From contig JANJGN010000121.1 in NCBI GenBank assembly GCA_026770705.1, positions 744,001 to 808,000 of the forward strand: a DNA stretch of 64,000 bases, read 5' to 3'. Positions within the stretch are counted from its first letter, which is position 1, and each line of letters begins with the position of its first letter. This document shows, one piece after another, positions 24,401-37,092 of this stretch. The stretch comes from Isurus oxyrinchus (Eukaryota). A model generated the notes under the pieces. It saw only the letters and a list, made by a program, of their open reading frames with translations. It searched no databases and was not told where the DNA came from. The position numbers and the translations under genes were made by a program.

Positions 24401-24937
24401 CCTGTCTCCATTTAAATAATATCCTGTTTTTCTATTCTTCCTGCCAAAATAATTTGTTGCCATTTTCCTCAGTATTGATCATCCCCCCAATTCAGCCTCA
24501 TCAGTAAATTTTGAATCTAGTGGATCCACAAACCATCCAGAGTTAAATATTGATATTTCTCTCCCCAGCTGAACCCTCACAAGAGTGGAAAGGTGACACT
24601 CCACGAGAGGTGACAGCGCAGGAAGGTTCGTGTGTACAGATTCCATGTCATTACAGTTATCCATCGTGTCTGGAAAACCAACCGCGAGGTGGAGTCTGGT
24701 TTAATAATGAGGAACAGATTCCCTGGGCTCCCATTGCCTTTCACTCCAAGGAACACAGTCACGAGTTACCACGGTTCCACCATCGGACCCGGCTGTCTGG
24801 AGACCTGAAAGATGGTGACTGTTCCCTGATTATAAACAACATCAGACAGGAAGATGCAGGATCTTATTTTTTCAGGATAGAATTTGACAATGGTCCGAGC
24901 CATAACTATTACCCTGTAACCCAGCTTCACGTTTCTG
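21453..24937 (+). repeat. Second copy of a ~3.5-kb tandem duplication (first copy ~17893-21452) carrying L2 + minisatellite + CR1 + V exon
   Basis: Matching ORFs at offsets of 3560 (18113/21673) and 3485 (20336/23821); 75-bp minisatellite indel. Confidence 0.92.
24569..24937 (+). CDS. Gene B V-set exon V5 (acidic type)
   Basis: Acceptor ccccag, donor G/GTAAGT, open frame, YFFRIE. Confidence 0.92.
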
Positions 24938-25749
24938 GTAAGTGCTGTGTTATAATTACTCAACAATTCACATTCAACACTCAATGGGAAATAACACAAA
25001 CTGTGACGTTTACACATTAACACAAAACACAGCTTATTATAACACACTGTCTGATTCTCAATAACCTGCTAATAGCTTCCAGTTCAGTCCTAAAACAACC
25101 TCTAATACTCACTTTAATATCAATGATTAAATGTATTGACTGTGTCCATCAATGTTATCAGGTTATCCACTTACATCAATCTCCCTAATCCTGTTTAAAA
25201 TTCTTACATATCAACAAAAGAAAGATTTGCATTTCTATAGCGCCTTTCACCACCTCTGGACGTCGCAAATGGATTCACAACGATTGAAATAATTCTTGAA
25301 ATGTAGCCCTTGTTGTAATATAGGAAACACAGCAGCCAATTTGTGCACAGGAAGCTCCCAGAAACAGCAATGTGATCAATAACCTGATCATCTGTTTTAG
25401 ATGCCGGTTCAGTGATTGGTTCAAATGGATTCTCTCCTGCTGGGGACAGGATAGAATTTAAATCTGGCAGATTTCAGAGAAAGTAACAAGCCAGTGTGTC
25501 AGGAACTGTGAGCTGCTCCCCCGCCTCACCTGGGATTGTCAATTCAATTGTCTCAAAGTGGAAGTGAATTCATCTGAGAGACAGAAATTCCACTAAGTCT
25601 GAAAATAGGACATTCTCTCCTGATCATTGTAACCTCTCAGATCTGATATCATCCTTGTAAAATTGCTTTCTCTTGTGGGACTGTGATTTCTATTTGAACT
25701 GATGCTTCACGTTATATTTCTCTGAAAGGATTCATTCTCTCTCTGTTAG

Positions 25750-26046
25750 ATTTCACAGATAAACCCACGATATTCCCTGCTGAAATTATTGCAGGAAAGC
25801 GTGTGGATGTAAGCTGCACCTTCAACACGACGTGCAATGGAACAGCAGCACCTGTCTTAACCTGGGACACTCCCACTGACGTACCTGGATCAGTCTCAAA
25901 CACTGTAACTCAGCATGGTGTCACTCTGACCTATACTTCTGTTCTGACCCTGATCCCATCACTCAAACACCACGGACACACTCTCAGCTGCAGAGTGAGA
26001 TATCCATCTGTTTCATCGGAGCAGACCCTTATGCTAACTGTAAAAT
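25750..26046 (+). CDS. Gene B C2-set exon (domain 2)
   Basis: 297 nt, phase 1-1, paralog of 6054-6350, donor T/GTAAGT. Confidence 0.92.
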
Positions 26047-26409
26047 GTAAGTATGGATTCCCTTCATTCTATATTAGCTGTAATAGGATACAATGTGCAG
26101 AGCAAGATCCCACAAACATCACTTGAAGACAAAACAGGTCCTTTTTTATTAGTGATATTGACCAGGGAGAGCTCTTCCTGTATTGAGCCTTGGGATTATT
26201 TATGCCTACCTGATCGGGCAGAGGGGGCCAAGGTTGAACTTAAAAGACAATATAGGATAATATAAATATTGTCTTCATTGATGTCAAAGATTTTGGGGGA
26301 GATGTAGTATAAAAGTTTAATATTAACAATGTAAATAGATAGTATTTATCATCAGTTACTCAAGGTCACATGAGAATAGAACACGGAGAGAGATAGTTCT
26401 ATAGATACC

Positions 26410-28480
26410 TAGGTACATAGAAACTAGGAGCAGGATTAGGACATTCAGCCCTTCAAGCCTTCTCCGCCATTCAATATGATCAAGGCTGACCCTCTATCTC
26501 AAAGCCTTATTCCCGCTTTCTCTCCGTACCCTTTGATGCCCCTAATATCAAAATATTTATCAGTTTCTTTCTTGAATACACTCAGTGACCCGGCCTCCAC
26601 AGCCTCTGTGATGGAGAATTCCACAGATTGACCACCCTCTGAGTGAAGAAATGTTTCCCTATCTCAGTCCAAAATGGCCTGCCCTGTATCCTGAGATTGT
26701 CGCCCTTGGTTTTAGACTCCCCAACCAAGGGATGCATCCTCCCTCCATCCAGTCTGTCTATCTCTGTTAGAATTTCTTACGTTTATTCAGGTCTCCTCTC
26801 ATTCTTCTAAACTCTAGTGAATACAGACCCAGTCGTACCAATTCTCCTCATACGACAGTCCTGCCGCCCCTGGTATCAGCCTAGAGAACCTTCTCTGCGT
26901 TCTCTCGATGGCAAGTCTATCCTTTTTTAGGGAGGGAGACCAAAACGGCACGTTTTACCCCATGTGCAGTCTCACCAAGACCTTGTATAACTGCAGTAAG
27001 ACATCCCTACTCCTGAACACAAATCCTCTTGCAATGAAGGCCAACATACCATTTGCCTTCTGAATTACTTGCTGCACCTGCCTGTTTACTTTCATTGGCT
27101 AGTGCACAAGGACACCCAGATCCCTTTGTACATCCACATTTCGCAATATATCACCATTTAAATAATACTCTGCCTTTCTGTTTTTCACACCAAAGCCTAC
27201 AATGTCACATTCATCCACATCATCTGCCATGTGTTCGCCCACACGCACAACTTGTCTAAATCGCCTTGAAGCCTCTTTGCATCCTTCTCACAGCTCACAC
27301 CCTTACCCAGCGTTGTGTCATCAGAAAACCTGGAAATATTGCACTTGGCTCCCTCACCCAAGTCATTTATATATATCGTGAATAGTTAGGTCCCAAGCAC
27401 GGATCCCTGTGGTATACCACTAGTCACCGCCTGCCACTCAGATAAAGACTAATTTATTCTGACCCTCTGTTTCCTGTCTATCGACCAATTCTCAATCCAT
27501 GCCAGTAAATTACCCGCAATCCCATGGGCTTTAATGTTGCGCACTAGCCTCATGTAGGACCTTATCAAAAGCCTTCTTGAAATCTAAAAACACCACATCC
27601 ACTGGTTATCCCTTATCTATTCCACAAGTTACATCCTCAAAATCTCCAGTAGATTAGTTAAGCATGATTTTCCTTTCATTAACCCATGCTGACTTTGTCT
27701 AATCCCATTAAAGCTTTCCAAGCGTTCCATTAGCACACCTTATATAATAGGCTCTAGCGTTTTCCCCATGTTAGACTAACTGATCTGTAATTCTCTGATT
27801 TTTCTCTCCCTTCTATTTTAAATAGTGGAGTTACAATTGCCACTCTCCAATCTATAGGAACTGCTCCAGAGCCTATAGAATTTTGGAGGATGACCACCAG
27901 TGCTTCCAATATTTCCAGGGTCACTTCCGTTAGTCTCTGGGATGTAGATTTTCAGGCCCTGGGGACTGTTCAACCTTTAACCCATTAATCTCTCCAGATT
28001 CATTTTTTAAAACTAATCCTGATTATCTTCAATTCCTCCCTCTCACTAGACACTTGGTTCCCTAACATTCCTGGGAAATTATTTGTGTCCTCTTTTGTGA
28101 AGACAGAACCAAAATATATGTTCAGTTCTTCTGCCATTTCTTTGTTTCTCATTAGAATTTCCCCCCTTTCTGACTGCAAGGAACCTACATCGGTCACTGC
28201 TAATCTTTCTCTCTTCACATATTTATAGAAGCTTTTACAGTCGGTTTTTACGTTCCCTGCAAGTTTACTCCCATGTTCCATTTTCCCCTTCTTGATCAAT
28301 CTTTTTGTCCACTTTTGCTGAATTCTAAACTGCTCCCAATCCTCAGCATTGCTGCTTCCCCTGGCAATTTTATGTCTCCTCTCTGGATCTAATACTATCC
28401 CTAATTTCTTTTGTAAGCCCTGGTTGAGCACCATTTCCTGACTTATTTTTACGCCAGACAGAAATGGATAATTGTTGTAG
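26410..28480 (-). mobile_element. CR1-type LINE ORF2, long degenerate fragment
   Basis: Peptides KLAGNVKTDCKSFYKYVK and MAEELNIYFGSVFTKED; CR1-like 3' end near 26420. Confidence 0.85.
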
Positions 28481-28589
28481 CAAATGCTTCAGCCTTATCT
28501 TTTGCCCTGATGTGCTGGGCTCCCCCTTCATTGAGGATGGGGATATTTGTGGATTCCCCTCCTCCAGTGAGCTAATTGTCCGTTACCAT

Positions 28590-29590
28590 TGGATACGAGC
28601 ATTAGTGGACTGTGTTAGACCATTATCGAAAATGAAAGCCAGACTCCAGTATGGCCTTACTATGATGGATATGACAAATCGATTTCCAGAGACCATCCCT
28701 TTAGGAACAATTACAGCTAAAGTAGGAATAGGGAAGTTAACCCAATTTTTTTACCCATTATGGATTACCGCTGGAGATCCAGTCAGATCAAGGTTCCATC
28801 TCTATGTCTTAAAATTTTCCGAACATAATGAGTAATTTGGGTATAAAACAGTTAAAGTCCGCAGCATATCATCCATAGACACAGGGATCTTTAGAGAGGG
28901 ACCAACAAACCCTCAAAACAATGATTGAAGCTATTGTCATGAACTCCCCATGACTGGGACAAAGGACTGGATTTTCTTGTATTTCCCACACAAGATTCAC
29001 CAACTGAATCGGTAGGTTTTAGTCTTTTTGGAATAACTTATGGACACGAGATAAGAGGCTGTCTGAAATACATCAAAGAAAGATATTCCGGACAGAGGGA
29101 TGAATCCTCTATTTCAGATGATATGTCCATGTTTCAGGAACGGCTCATGGGAGCCTCCAAAGTGGCACAAGAACATCTTATAGTTTCTCAAACAGAGATG
29201 AAGGAATGGGGCAGACAGGCAAGCTGTGACCCGAACATCTCAACCAGGGGGATGACTTGTTAGTATCATTGCCTTGGCAGGGGGAGCCTCTGAAAGCGCA
29301 GTTCAGTGGTCCCTACAAGGTAATTAGGAGGGTTGGTCAAGTAAATTATTTGATAGACACCCCAGATTGTAGAATAAAGAATCGGCTGTGACACATCAAT
29401 ATGTTAAAACGATACCATCGTAGGGAGGGAGGTAAAAAGGAGCAGGTATTTCATTTCCAACCAGATTCTGCATAGATTACAGCAAGGTTAATGCAGCAAT
29501 AAAACCAGATTCCTACCCAATCCCCTGTTTAGAAGATGGTATTGACGAGGTTGGCAGTGCCATGTTCCTTACTGAGATAAATTTGTTGGT
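28590..29590 (+). mobile_element. Gypsy-type integrase/pol remnant
   Basis: YGLTMMDMTNRFPETIPL, SAAYHP.TQGSLER..QTLKTM and FSGPYKVI-like motifs with frameshifts. Confidence 0.7.
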
Positions 29591-29644
29591 AGTGGGGGAT
29601 GTTTGTGACCATCAGTGTGGAAGGGTTAGGTTTACAGGTTACAC

Positions 29645-30030
29645 AGACCAGACACACACCAACAGACACACACACACATGTAAGCACGCACATTCACACG
29701 CACACGTGCACACACACAACACACACACGCACACACACATGCACACACACACACACACACGTAAGCACGCACATNNNNNNNNNNNNNNNNNNNNNNNNNN
29801 NNNNNNNNNNNNNNNNNNNNNNNNNNNNNNNNNNNNNNNNNNNNNNNNNNNNNNNNNNNNNNNNNNNNNNNNNNNNNNNNNNNNNNNNNNNNNNNNNNNN
29901 NNNNNNNNNNNNNNNNNNNNNNNNNNAATCACTTGTGCAGAAACACAAACACACACACACACACATACACACACACAAACACACTCACTTGTACAGAAAC
30001 ACAAACACACACACACACACATACACACAT
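29645..30030. repeat. (CA)n-rich microsatellite with assembly gap 29775-29926
   Basis: Directly visible. Confidence 0.95.
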
Positions 30031-30460
30031 GTGAGTTCCCTCTCCTCTCTCAGTGCTGCACTGGAGTCTCGGTGTCAGCTCCGATTCTGTGCTGAAGGAA
30101 GGTAAACTCCAGATCAACAAGACCCTGAATTGGATGAGCAACCTCCTGAACAGAGAATTGTAGATTTACCCCTCAGTGCTCCATCGATCAAATATAATTC
30201 ATTGCCTGTCAAGCCCTTGGGGACATTCTGAGGATGTGAAAGGCTGTTTCTTTAAATCTGGATGGGCAGGGTCTCTGGTGGGAGAATGCTCCTGCAGTGT
30301 GACAGTTTACATAGGCAGTGCCCATTGTAAATGTGACATAGGAACTTATCTTGAGAGAGGGTGCCTAGAAATGCACACAGGCATCAGTTACAGCGAGAAG
30401 ATACAGGAAGTTTTGCTGTGCACTGTGTTTGCTCACATTAAAATCTTTATATATTTTTAG

Positions 30461-30742
30461 ATGCACCACAGAATCTCTCAATTACTTCTCTTGATATGAT
30501 TAACGCTTCATCGATCAATATAATTGAGGGGAATTCTGCAGTGATAATCTGCTCTGTCGAGAGCTTCCCAGCTTCTAACCTGACGTGGCGACATCTTAAT
30601 GTCCCAATGAACAGAACAAGTTCCAACAATGAGCTGTGGTTGGTGATTCCTCACGTTACATCCAGGGACACTGGAGACTATCAGTGTGTGGCAGAGAATG
30701 AACATGGAGCAGTGGAGGGGTTCATAACCATCACTGTGGAAC
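30461..30742 (+). CDS. Gene B C2/I-set Ig exon (domain 3)
   Basis: Acceptor atatttttag, donor C/GTGAGT. Encodes YAPQNLSIT...IEGNSAVIICSVESFPASNLTW...DTGDYQCVAENEHG...ITVE, which is CD22/MAG-like. Confidence 0.92.
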
Positions 30743-31074
30743 GTGAGTGTGGAGATACATTTGTTTGTTTGTTGTCTCCGTGGTCTCCGTGGAGCCATTG
30801 GGATCGTGTTGTTTTTAATCCAGTTTTCTTCAATCCTCGCTCAGTCCACGTTATCCACACATCCAATTTTTCCTCTCCCTTTCTGTTTTTGCTCTCAGTT
30901 TCTCCTTCAATGGTTGTGAGGACAAGGCTGTCAGGTCTTCGTTTCCAATCTCCGTACTTGATGAACTTTCTCTCTCTAACTGTCCTGAACAAACCTTTTA
31001 ATTGCTGAACGTCTCCTCTTGATCTAAGCCACTCATTGGTCTTTCTGTCCATCCAGCTGATTCTGACCATCTGG

Positions 31075-32100
31075 CAGCATCTGTGGAGACAAAGACAGGG
31101 TTAGCGTTTGGAGTCCGTAAGACTCCTCTTCAGAGCTAAAGGGAAGTAGACATGTGGTGAAATATATCCTGTCTAAGGGGGGGCGATGGGACAGGTGGAG
31201 CTGGATAGAAAACCAGCGATAGGTGGAGGCAATGGAGAGATTGTGGAAGATGTCATAAACAAAAGGTCAAAGGGTTGTTAACAGTGGTGGTATTGGATAA
31301 AGGAGGTGCTAATGGTGACATTAAGCAGAGTGTGATAATGGGCGGACCAGGGTAAGCACTCTGGAAAGAGACAGATGGCCCTCGTGGGGGTGTGGCAGGG
31401 GGAGGGGACGGTGGAGGGAATAAAGATCGAAAATAGACTAAAATCTGCGGATAAAACAATCAAGAAAAATGGAAATGAATTTCAAATAGTAATAATAAAA
31501 ATAAGTGGAAAACAGTTAACAAATAAAACAATTAAAATGAATACATAAAAAAAAGTTCAAAAAGCAGTGAAGATCGAGGAGAGAGTTCATGACCAGGAAT
31601 TGTTGATCTCAATATTCAGTCCGGAAGGCTGTAAAGTGCCTGGTCGGAAGATGAGGTGCTGTTCCTCCAGTTTGCGTTGGGCTTCACTGGAACAATGCAG
31701 CAGGCCAAGGACGGACATGTGGGTAAGAGAGCAGGGTGGGGTGTTAAAATGGCAAGCGACAGGGAGGTCTGGGTCATGCTTGTGGACAGACCGAAGGTGT
31801 TCATCAGAGCGATCACCCAGTCTGTGTTTGGTGTCTCCAATGTAGAGGAAACCACACTGGGAGCAATGAATGCAGTAGATTATATTGAAGGAAGTCTGCT
31901 TGAAGCGCTACTTCACCTGGAAGGAGTGTTTGGGTCATTGGACAGTGAGGGGGGAGGAAGTAAAGGGGCAGGTGTTGCACCTTCTGCAAATACATGGGAA
32001 GATGTCATCGGAGAGGGTTGAGGTGCTAGGGGTGATGGAGGAGTGGACCAGGGTGTCCTGGAGGGAATGATCCCTGTGGAATGCCAACGGGGTGGGGGTG
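31075..32100 (-). mobile_element. Penelope-like element remnant (GIY-YIG endonuclease region)
   Basis: Minus strand CICRRCNTCPFTSS followed by IYCIHCS.CG..YIGDTKHRLGDR-type motif. Confidence 0.7.
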
Positions 32101-32734
32101 AAGGGAAGCTGCTTTTGATGGTGGTCAGATTTTGTCCGAAGGAGGTGAGAAATGAGGGAGGGAATTCCAGAGGTTAGGATCCAGGCAGCTGAAGGCACGG
32201 CTGCCAATGGTGGAGCGATAGGAATCGGGGGAAGGTCAAGAGGCTGGAATTGGAGGTGCATCGAGATCTCGGAGGGTTGTAGAGGCTGGAGGAGTTTACA
32301 GAGATAAGGAAGGTTGTAGGGGCTGGAGGAGGTTACAGAGATAGAGAGGGTTGAAGCGGCTGGATGAGGTTACAGAGATAGGGAGGGTTGAAGGTTCTGG
32401 AGGAGGTTACAGAGATAGGGAGGGAGTAAGGAGGGATTTGAAACGATGTTAATTTTAAAATTGTGGTATTGTCGGACCGGGAGCCAGTGTAGCTCAGTGA
32501 CCAACAGGGAGTGATGTGTGAACGGGACTCGGTGTGAGTTAGGACATGGGGACAGCAGAGTTTGGGATGAGCTGATGTTTACGGAGAGTGGAAGATGGGA
32601 GGTCGGGCAGGAGAGTGTTGGGATAGTTGAGTGCAGAGGTAACAAAGGCAGGAATGAGTGTTTCAGTGTGAAGATTCTATCTTACGCTCTAACTTTGCTA
32701 TGACGTTGTCTCATTGTTGTCCTTCCCTCCTCAG

Positions 32735-33028
32735 ATAAGCCGGAGATTTCCCAGCAGTCGGAGTGCACTCGGAGATCAGAGGGGGTCACCTGCGTCTGTG
32801 TGGCCACCTCCAACCCACCCGGAGACCTCACCTGGCACCTGCCCAGTGCCAACATCAGTGGTAACCAAACACACGGAGGTTTTGTGTCGTGGCAGGTCAG
32901 AGATGGGCATCTGGTGACTGGTTTCCTCACCCTGATGAGACCCCAGGATGAGGGGGGAGTGATTGCATCCTGCTCGGTTCAAAACCCACATGGGGAAGCC
33001 ATGTTCAAGATGTATCTGTGGGTCAAAG
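32735..33028 (+). CDS. Gene B membrane-proximal Ig exon (MAG domain-5-like)
   Basis: Acceptor ccttccctcctcag, donor G/GTGAGA. Encodes HKPEISQQSECTRRSEGVTCVCVATSNPPGDLTW...SCSVQNPHG...LWVK, with the C-x8-CxC-xxxSNP pattern of MAG-like membrane-proximal domains. Confidence 0.9.
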
Positions 33029-33374
33029 GTGAGAGACTCGCTCAGGATCGATCTCCACTCAGCTGGATTGATCCCTAAACTCGAGAATTCCCTCCCTCAA
33101 CCACTCCACCTCTCTCTCTACCTCCTCTAAGATGCTGTTTACAACATAACCCTTTGACCAAGCTTTGAATCACCTGACCTCATGTGACAATGGCAACACT
33201 TGGTCAAATTGGAGCCAGGCCGTTCAGGGGGTGATGTCAGGAAGCACTTCTTCACACAAAGGGGAGTGGAAATCTGGAACCCTCTCCCCCAGATAAGCTG
33301 CTTCATTGGGTGCAAGACAGAAAGCTTTGACAAAATGTCCTTTCTCAGCAATACTCAGGTTCTCCTCCCAAACG

Positions 33375-33785
33375 ACTAAATATTATATATAAACATTACA
33401 TAGATTACATCGAGAAACATTATATATAAATGTTACATAGATTACATTGATAAATATTATATATAAATGTTACATCGATTGCATCGAGAAACATTTTATA
33501 TAAATGTTACATAGATTACGTTGATAAAAATTATATATAAATGTTACACAGATTAAATGGATAAATATTATATATAAATGTTACATATGTTACATTGATA
33601 AATATTATATATAAATGTTACATGGATTAAATCGAGAAACATTATATATAAATATTACAGAAATTAAATGGATAAAAATTATATATAAATGTTACATAGA
33701 TTATATTGATAAATATTATAAATTTATGCTATAGGGATCACATTGATAAATATTATATATAAATGTTACATGGATTAAATCGAAA
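33375..33785. repeat. AT-rich ~39-bp minisatellite (ataaatattatatataaatgttacatagattacattg)
   Basis: About 10 degenerate tandem units visible. Confidence 0.9.
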
Positions 33786-34314
33786 TATAAGACTTGCGTT
33801 GATAAAATACTTAGGAATTCCCAAAACTCTTGATAACCAGTAAAGCAGTTTCGAAGTGAGCTCACTGTTATCATGTTGGAAACGCAACAGCTGATTTGTG
33901 CACAGCAAGATCCCACAAACAACAGCGTGAAATTGAGGTGATAATTGATTATTTTAGGGAGGGTAGTTGATACATATATATAGAAATTACATATATAATA
34001 TGGGTCACTAATGATCTTAAGGGAGCGAAACCTGTCCATTTTAACAGGTCTGGGTGTATATGTGACTCCAGTCTCAGACACCAACATGGTTAACTCTTAC
34101 CTGCCCTCTGAACTGGTCTTCCAGTTTGGGACAAACCAGTGGTTCAGGAGGAAGACCCCCCACCACCTTCTCAAGGGGAAACTAGGGATGGACAATAAAT
34201 GTCAGCATTGCCCGAGAATGAGTATTTAAACATTGAGTGAGTGTATCGCTTCTCGAGATACATCGGAGCATCATTGTAAACCTGTAGTGCAGTAATTAAT
34301 GGCTGTTTTTACAG

Positions 34315-34411
34315 GTAGAGACTCCAGTAAATGGACAGTAGGATTGTTCACGGCTGGGATCATGTTGAGTGTTTTCCTGGCTGGAATCTTCATCTTCATC
34401 TGTGTGAGAAA
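34315..34411 (+). CDS. Gene B transmembrane exon (uncharged)
   Basis: Acceptor tgtttttacag, donor AA/GTAAGT, phase 1-2. Encodes GRDSSKWTVGLFTAGIMLSVFLAGIFIFICVRK. Confidence 0.9.
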
Positions 34412-35133
34412 GTAAGTCTGAAGATTTAACTTGATTTTAATCTAAACATTTGCTTAGGACTAATTGGACAGTTTTTACAAAAGGCCAGCACAGGCACGAT
34501 GGGCTGAGTGGCTTCCTCCTAAGCTGTGAGATTTTAAATTCTTTCATCGAATGTGGCTGTCATTGGCGTGGACAATACTAATTGCCCATTCCCAATTGCC
34601 CCTTGAGAAAGAGGTGGTGAGCTGCCTTCTTGACCCACTACAGTCTATGTGGTGTAGGTACACCCACAGTGTTGTTAGAGAGGGAGTTCCAGGATTTTGA
34701 CCCAGCGACAGTGAAGGAACGGTGATATATTTCCAAGTCAGGATGGTGAGTGACTTGGAGGGGAACTTCCAGGTGGTGGTGTTCCCATGTGTCTGCTGCC
34801 CTTGTCCTTCTAGATGGTAGAGGTCGTGGGTTTGGAAGGTGCTGTTGAAGGAGCCTTGCTGAGTTGCTGCAGTGCATCTTGTAGATGGTACACACACTGC
34901 TTCCACTGTGTGTTCGTGGTGGAGGGAGTGAATGTTTAATGTGGTGGATGGGGTGTTGATCAATCGAGCTGCTTTGTCCTGGATGGTGTCAAGCTTCTTG
35001 ATTCTGTGCTTTGTGCAGAAGTGATTTAAAGAGACAGTCCAGTCGTTGGTGTAAGCTAACAGTGGGCTCTGTGTCTGTGCTGCACTGACTCTCTGCTATA
35101 TGATAACCACAGTGTGATATTGTGTTATTGCAG

Positions 35134-35215
35134 GAGAAAGACAGCGATGGAGGAGAGAGTTTCAGGGACCAGTGACATTGCATTGAGCCCCAGTTCACTC
35201 TCTGTGAAGCACCAG
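35134..35215 (+). CDS. Gene B juxtamembrane cytoplasmic exon, cassette a
   Basis: Acceptor ttattgcag, donor CAG/GTACAG, phase 2-0. Encodes RKTAMEERVSGTSDIALSPSSLSVKHQ, in frame with the TM exon. Confidence 0.82.
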
Positions 35216-35350
35216 GTACAGGAGCTGTTTACACTCACTCCAAAGCTTCAATCTCAGTGTGTAGACAACACGTGTCCCAGATTCCCAGCCCAGTTACCCA
35301 CTGATTTGTACCTGTGGAGTCAGCAATGTTTCAGTATCATGCTGTCTCTC

Positions 35351-36105
35351 TGTTATGACACAGCAACTGGTAAAGACTGTTGTTTAAAATCCCAGAGGGA
35401 AACTTTAAACAACTGTCATAACCTATATTTCCCAGTGGAATGTTTGAGATGCAGCTCTAAATTCAGGAATAAGACCACCAGTTCTCGAGATGGTTTTATA
35501 TCAAACTACATGAGCCATTTATTAATTAACACAAGTTAAACATATGCACATGGCTACAAACTAGTATTATCATAACTTTTTAACAAATTCCCAAACTAAT
35601 CTCCTCTAAGATAACCCATAGAATTTAAGCAGACACCCAGGCAAAGCATTTTCACCTCACAAATTCCAAATGAGGTTCCTTTCACTTTGGTTCCTTTGCA
35701 GACAGGTGTAGGCTTACAGCTGTTTTGATGTTACAAGCCTCTGCTCTGCACACACAAAACTGCTCAAGTTATACCCAGCTCTTCTCTTTGAATGTAAATT
35801 CTAATTGTATCATCAGGACCTTTGAACTCCATCCCTTCAAACAATAAATCCTCTGTCATAGTATCAATTTTATCAATAAAATAAATGTTGATTGGTTTAA
35901 GATTTCACTCTCAGGCGTTGAATGCTCTGTTTAAAAATACAAATTTTTATGCCTCAGTTTACATCTCAAAACTACTATACATCAAATACCCAGACTGGCT
36001 GGCTTTAATCCAATTAAAACACACAGAGACACACCCACAGACTAAACCCCGATGTGAATAAAAATAATTTCCAATAACATGATATTTATTAATCGCATCA
36101 TGACA
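35351..36105. mobile_element. Probable solo LTR (paralog from ~38272)
   Basis: TGTTATGA...TCATGACA imperfect inverted termini; similar fragments elsewhere in the window. Confidence 0.5.
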
Positions 36106-36615
36106 GTCTCTCTCTCTATCCCAACCTCCCTTTCTTTCTCTCTCTCTCTCTTTCTCTCTCTCTCATCCTCTCTCTGATTACAAGGTGCATGTTAATGAGC
36201 TTCACACCAGACACTTGAGTGCAGAATCCAACTGTCACTCACCAGAACCATTACCGAGGGAGTGCAAGACTGACAGAGGGTCAGTACTGAGGGAGTGCTG
36301 CACTGTCGGAGGGTCAGTACTGAGGGCGAGCTGCACTGTCGGAGTGTCAGTACTGAGGGAGCGCTGCACTGTCGGAGGGTCAGTAATGAGGGAGCGCTGC
36401 ACTGTCGGAGGGTCAGTACTGAGGGAGTGCTGCACTGTCGGAGGGTCAGTCCTGAGGGAATGCTGCACTGCCATAGGTGGTATCTTTCATATGACATGAG
36501 AGAGAGGGTTAAGCCAACTGAGACACGACTGACATTAACAAGGCTGCACAATAATTTAACCCTATCAGTGCCAGTAAATGATGTGAGGATATCTTCTGTT
36601 TCGATTTCTCTGTAG

Positions 36616-36864
36616 GTTAAACAGAACGTGCTGATTACTGAGCCCCAGAACACAAAGAGAGACGCAACTGGCGAGGGGGAGACCCCAGCTCCCTGGGGTC
36701 TCTCTGAAGATGCAGTGGGAGGCGATGTTGGACATGGGAACCCTGACAAACCTGAAGAGTTTCTCTACGCCAATCCCCAAGTCTTGAGGATGTCCAGTGG
36801 TGATGGGTCTGTCCACAGGGAAGTGGAGACGGAATACGCACAGATCAGGTTCGAGCATAACTGA
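36616..36864 (+). CDS. Gene B terminal exon, cassette a (FLYANP + ITSM-like TEYAQI)
   Basis: Acceptor tttctctgtag, phase 0. Encodes VKQNVLITEP...EEFLYANPQV...ETEYAQIRFEHN*. AATAAA at 37432-37437. Confidence 0.85.
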   Translation, partial: VKQNVLITEPQNTKRDATGEGETPAPWGLSEDAVGGDVGHGNPDKPEEFLYANPQVLRMSSGDGSVHREVETEYAQIRFEHN

Positions 36865-37061
36865 ATGAGAAATGGGGAGAGTGAGTGAGGAGGTATGGGG
36901 GTGGGGGTAGTGATTGAGATTCCTGGGAACAGGAAACAACCCACTGGGGGAGAGGGGGAGAGAGGGAGGAAGGGATGGAATTGGGCTGCGGTTGGTGTGG
37001 TTTGGAATGAAATGCTTCTCCAGAGAGGACTGGATGCTGAGCCATTGGGGATAGAGATTCA

Positions 37062-37092
<31 letters not shown>

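Noticed and set aside
1066-26046. RAG-type V(D)J rearranging locus (tandem V segments before constant exons)
   Set aside because: Each V exon is a complete domain including the G strand and ends in a splice donor. I saw no CACAGTG-spacer-ACAAAAACC signal abutting any V, no J segments, and the cysteine pattern is Siglec-type, not Ig/TCR.
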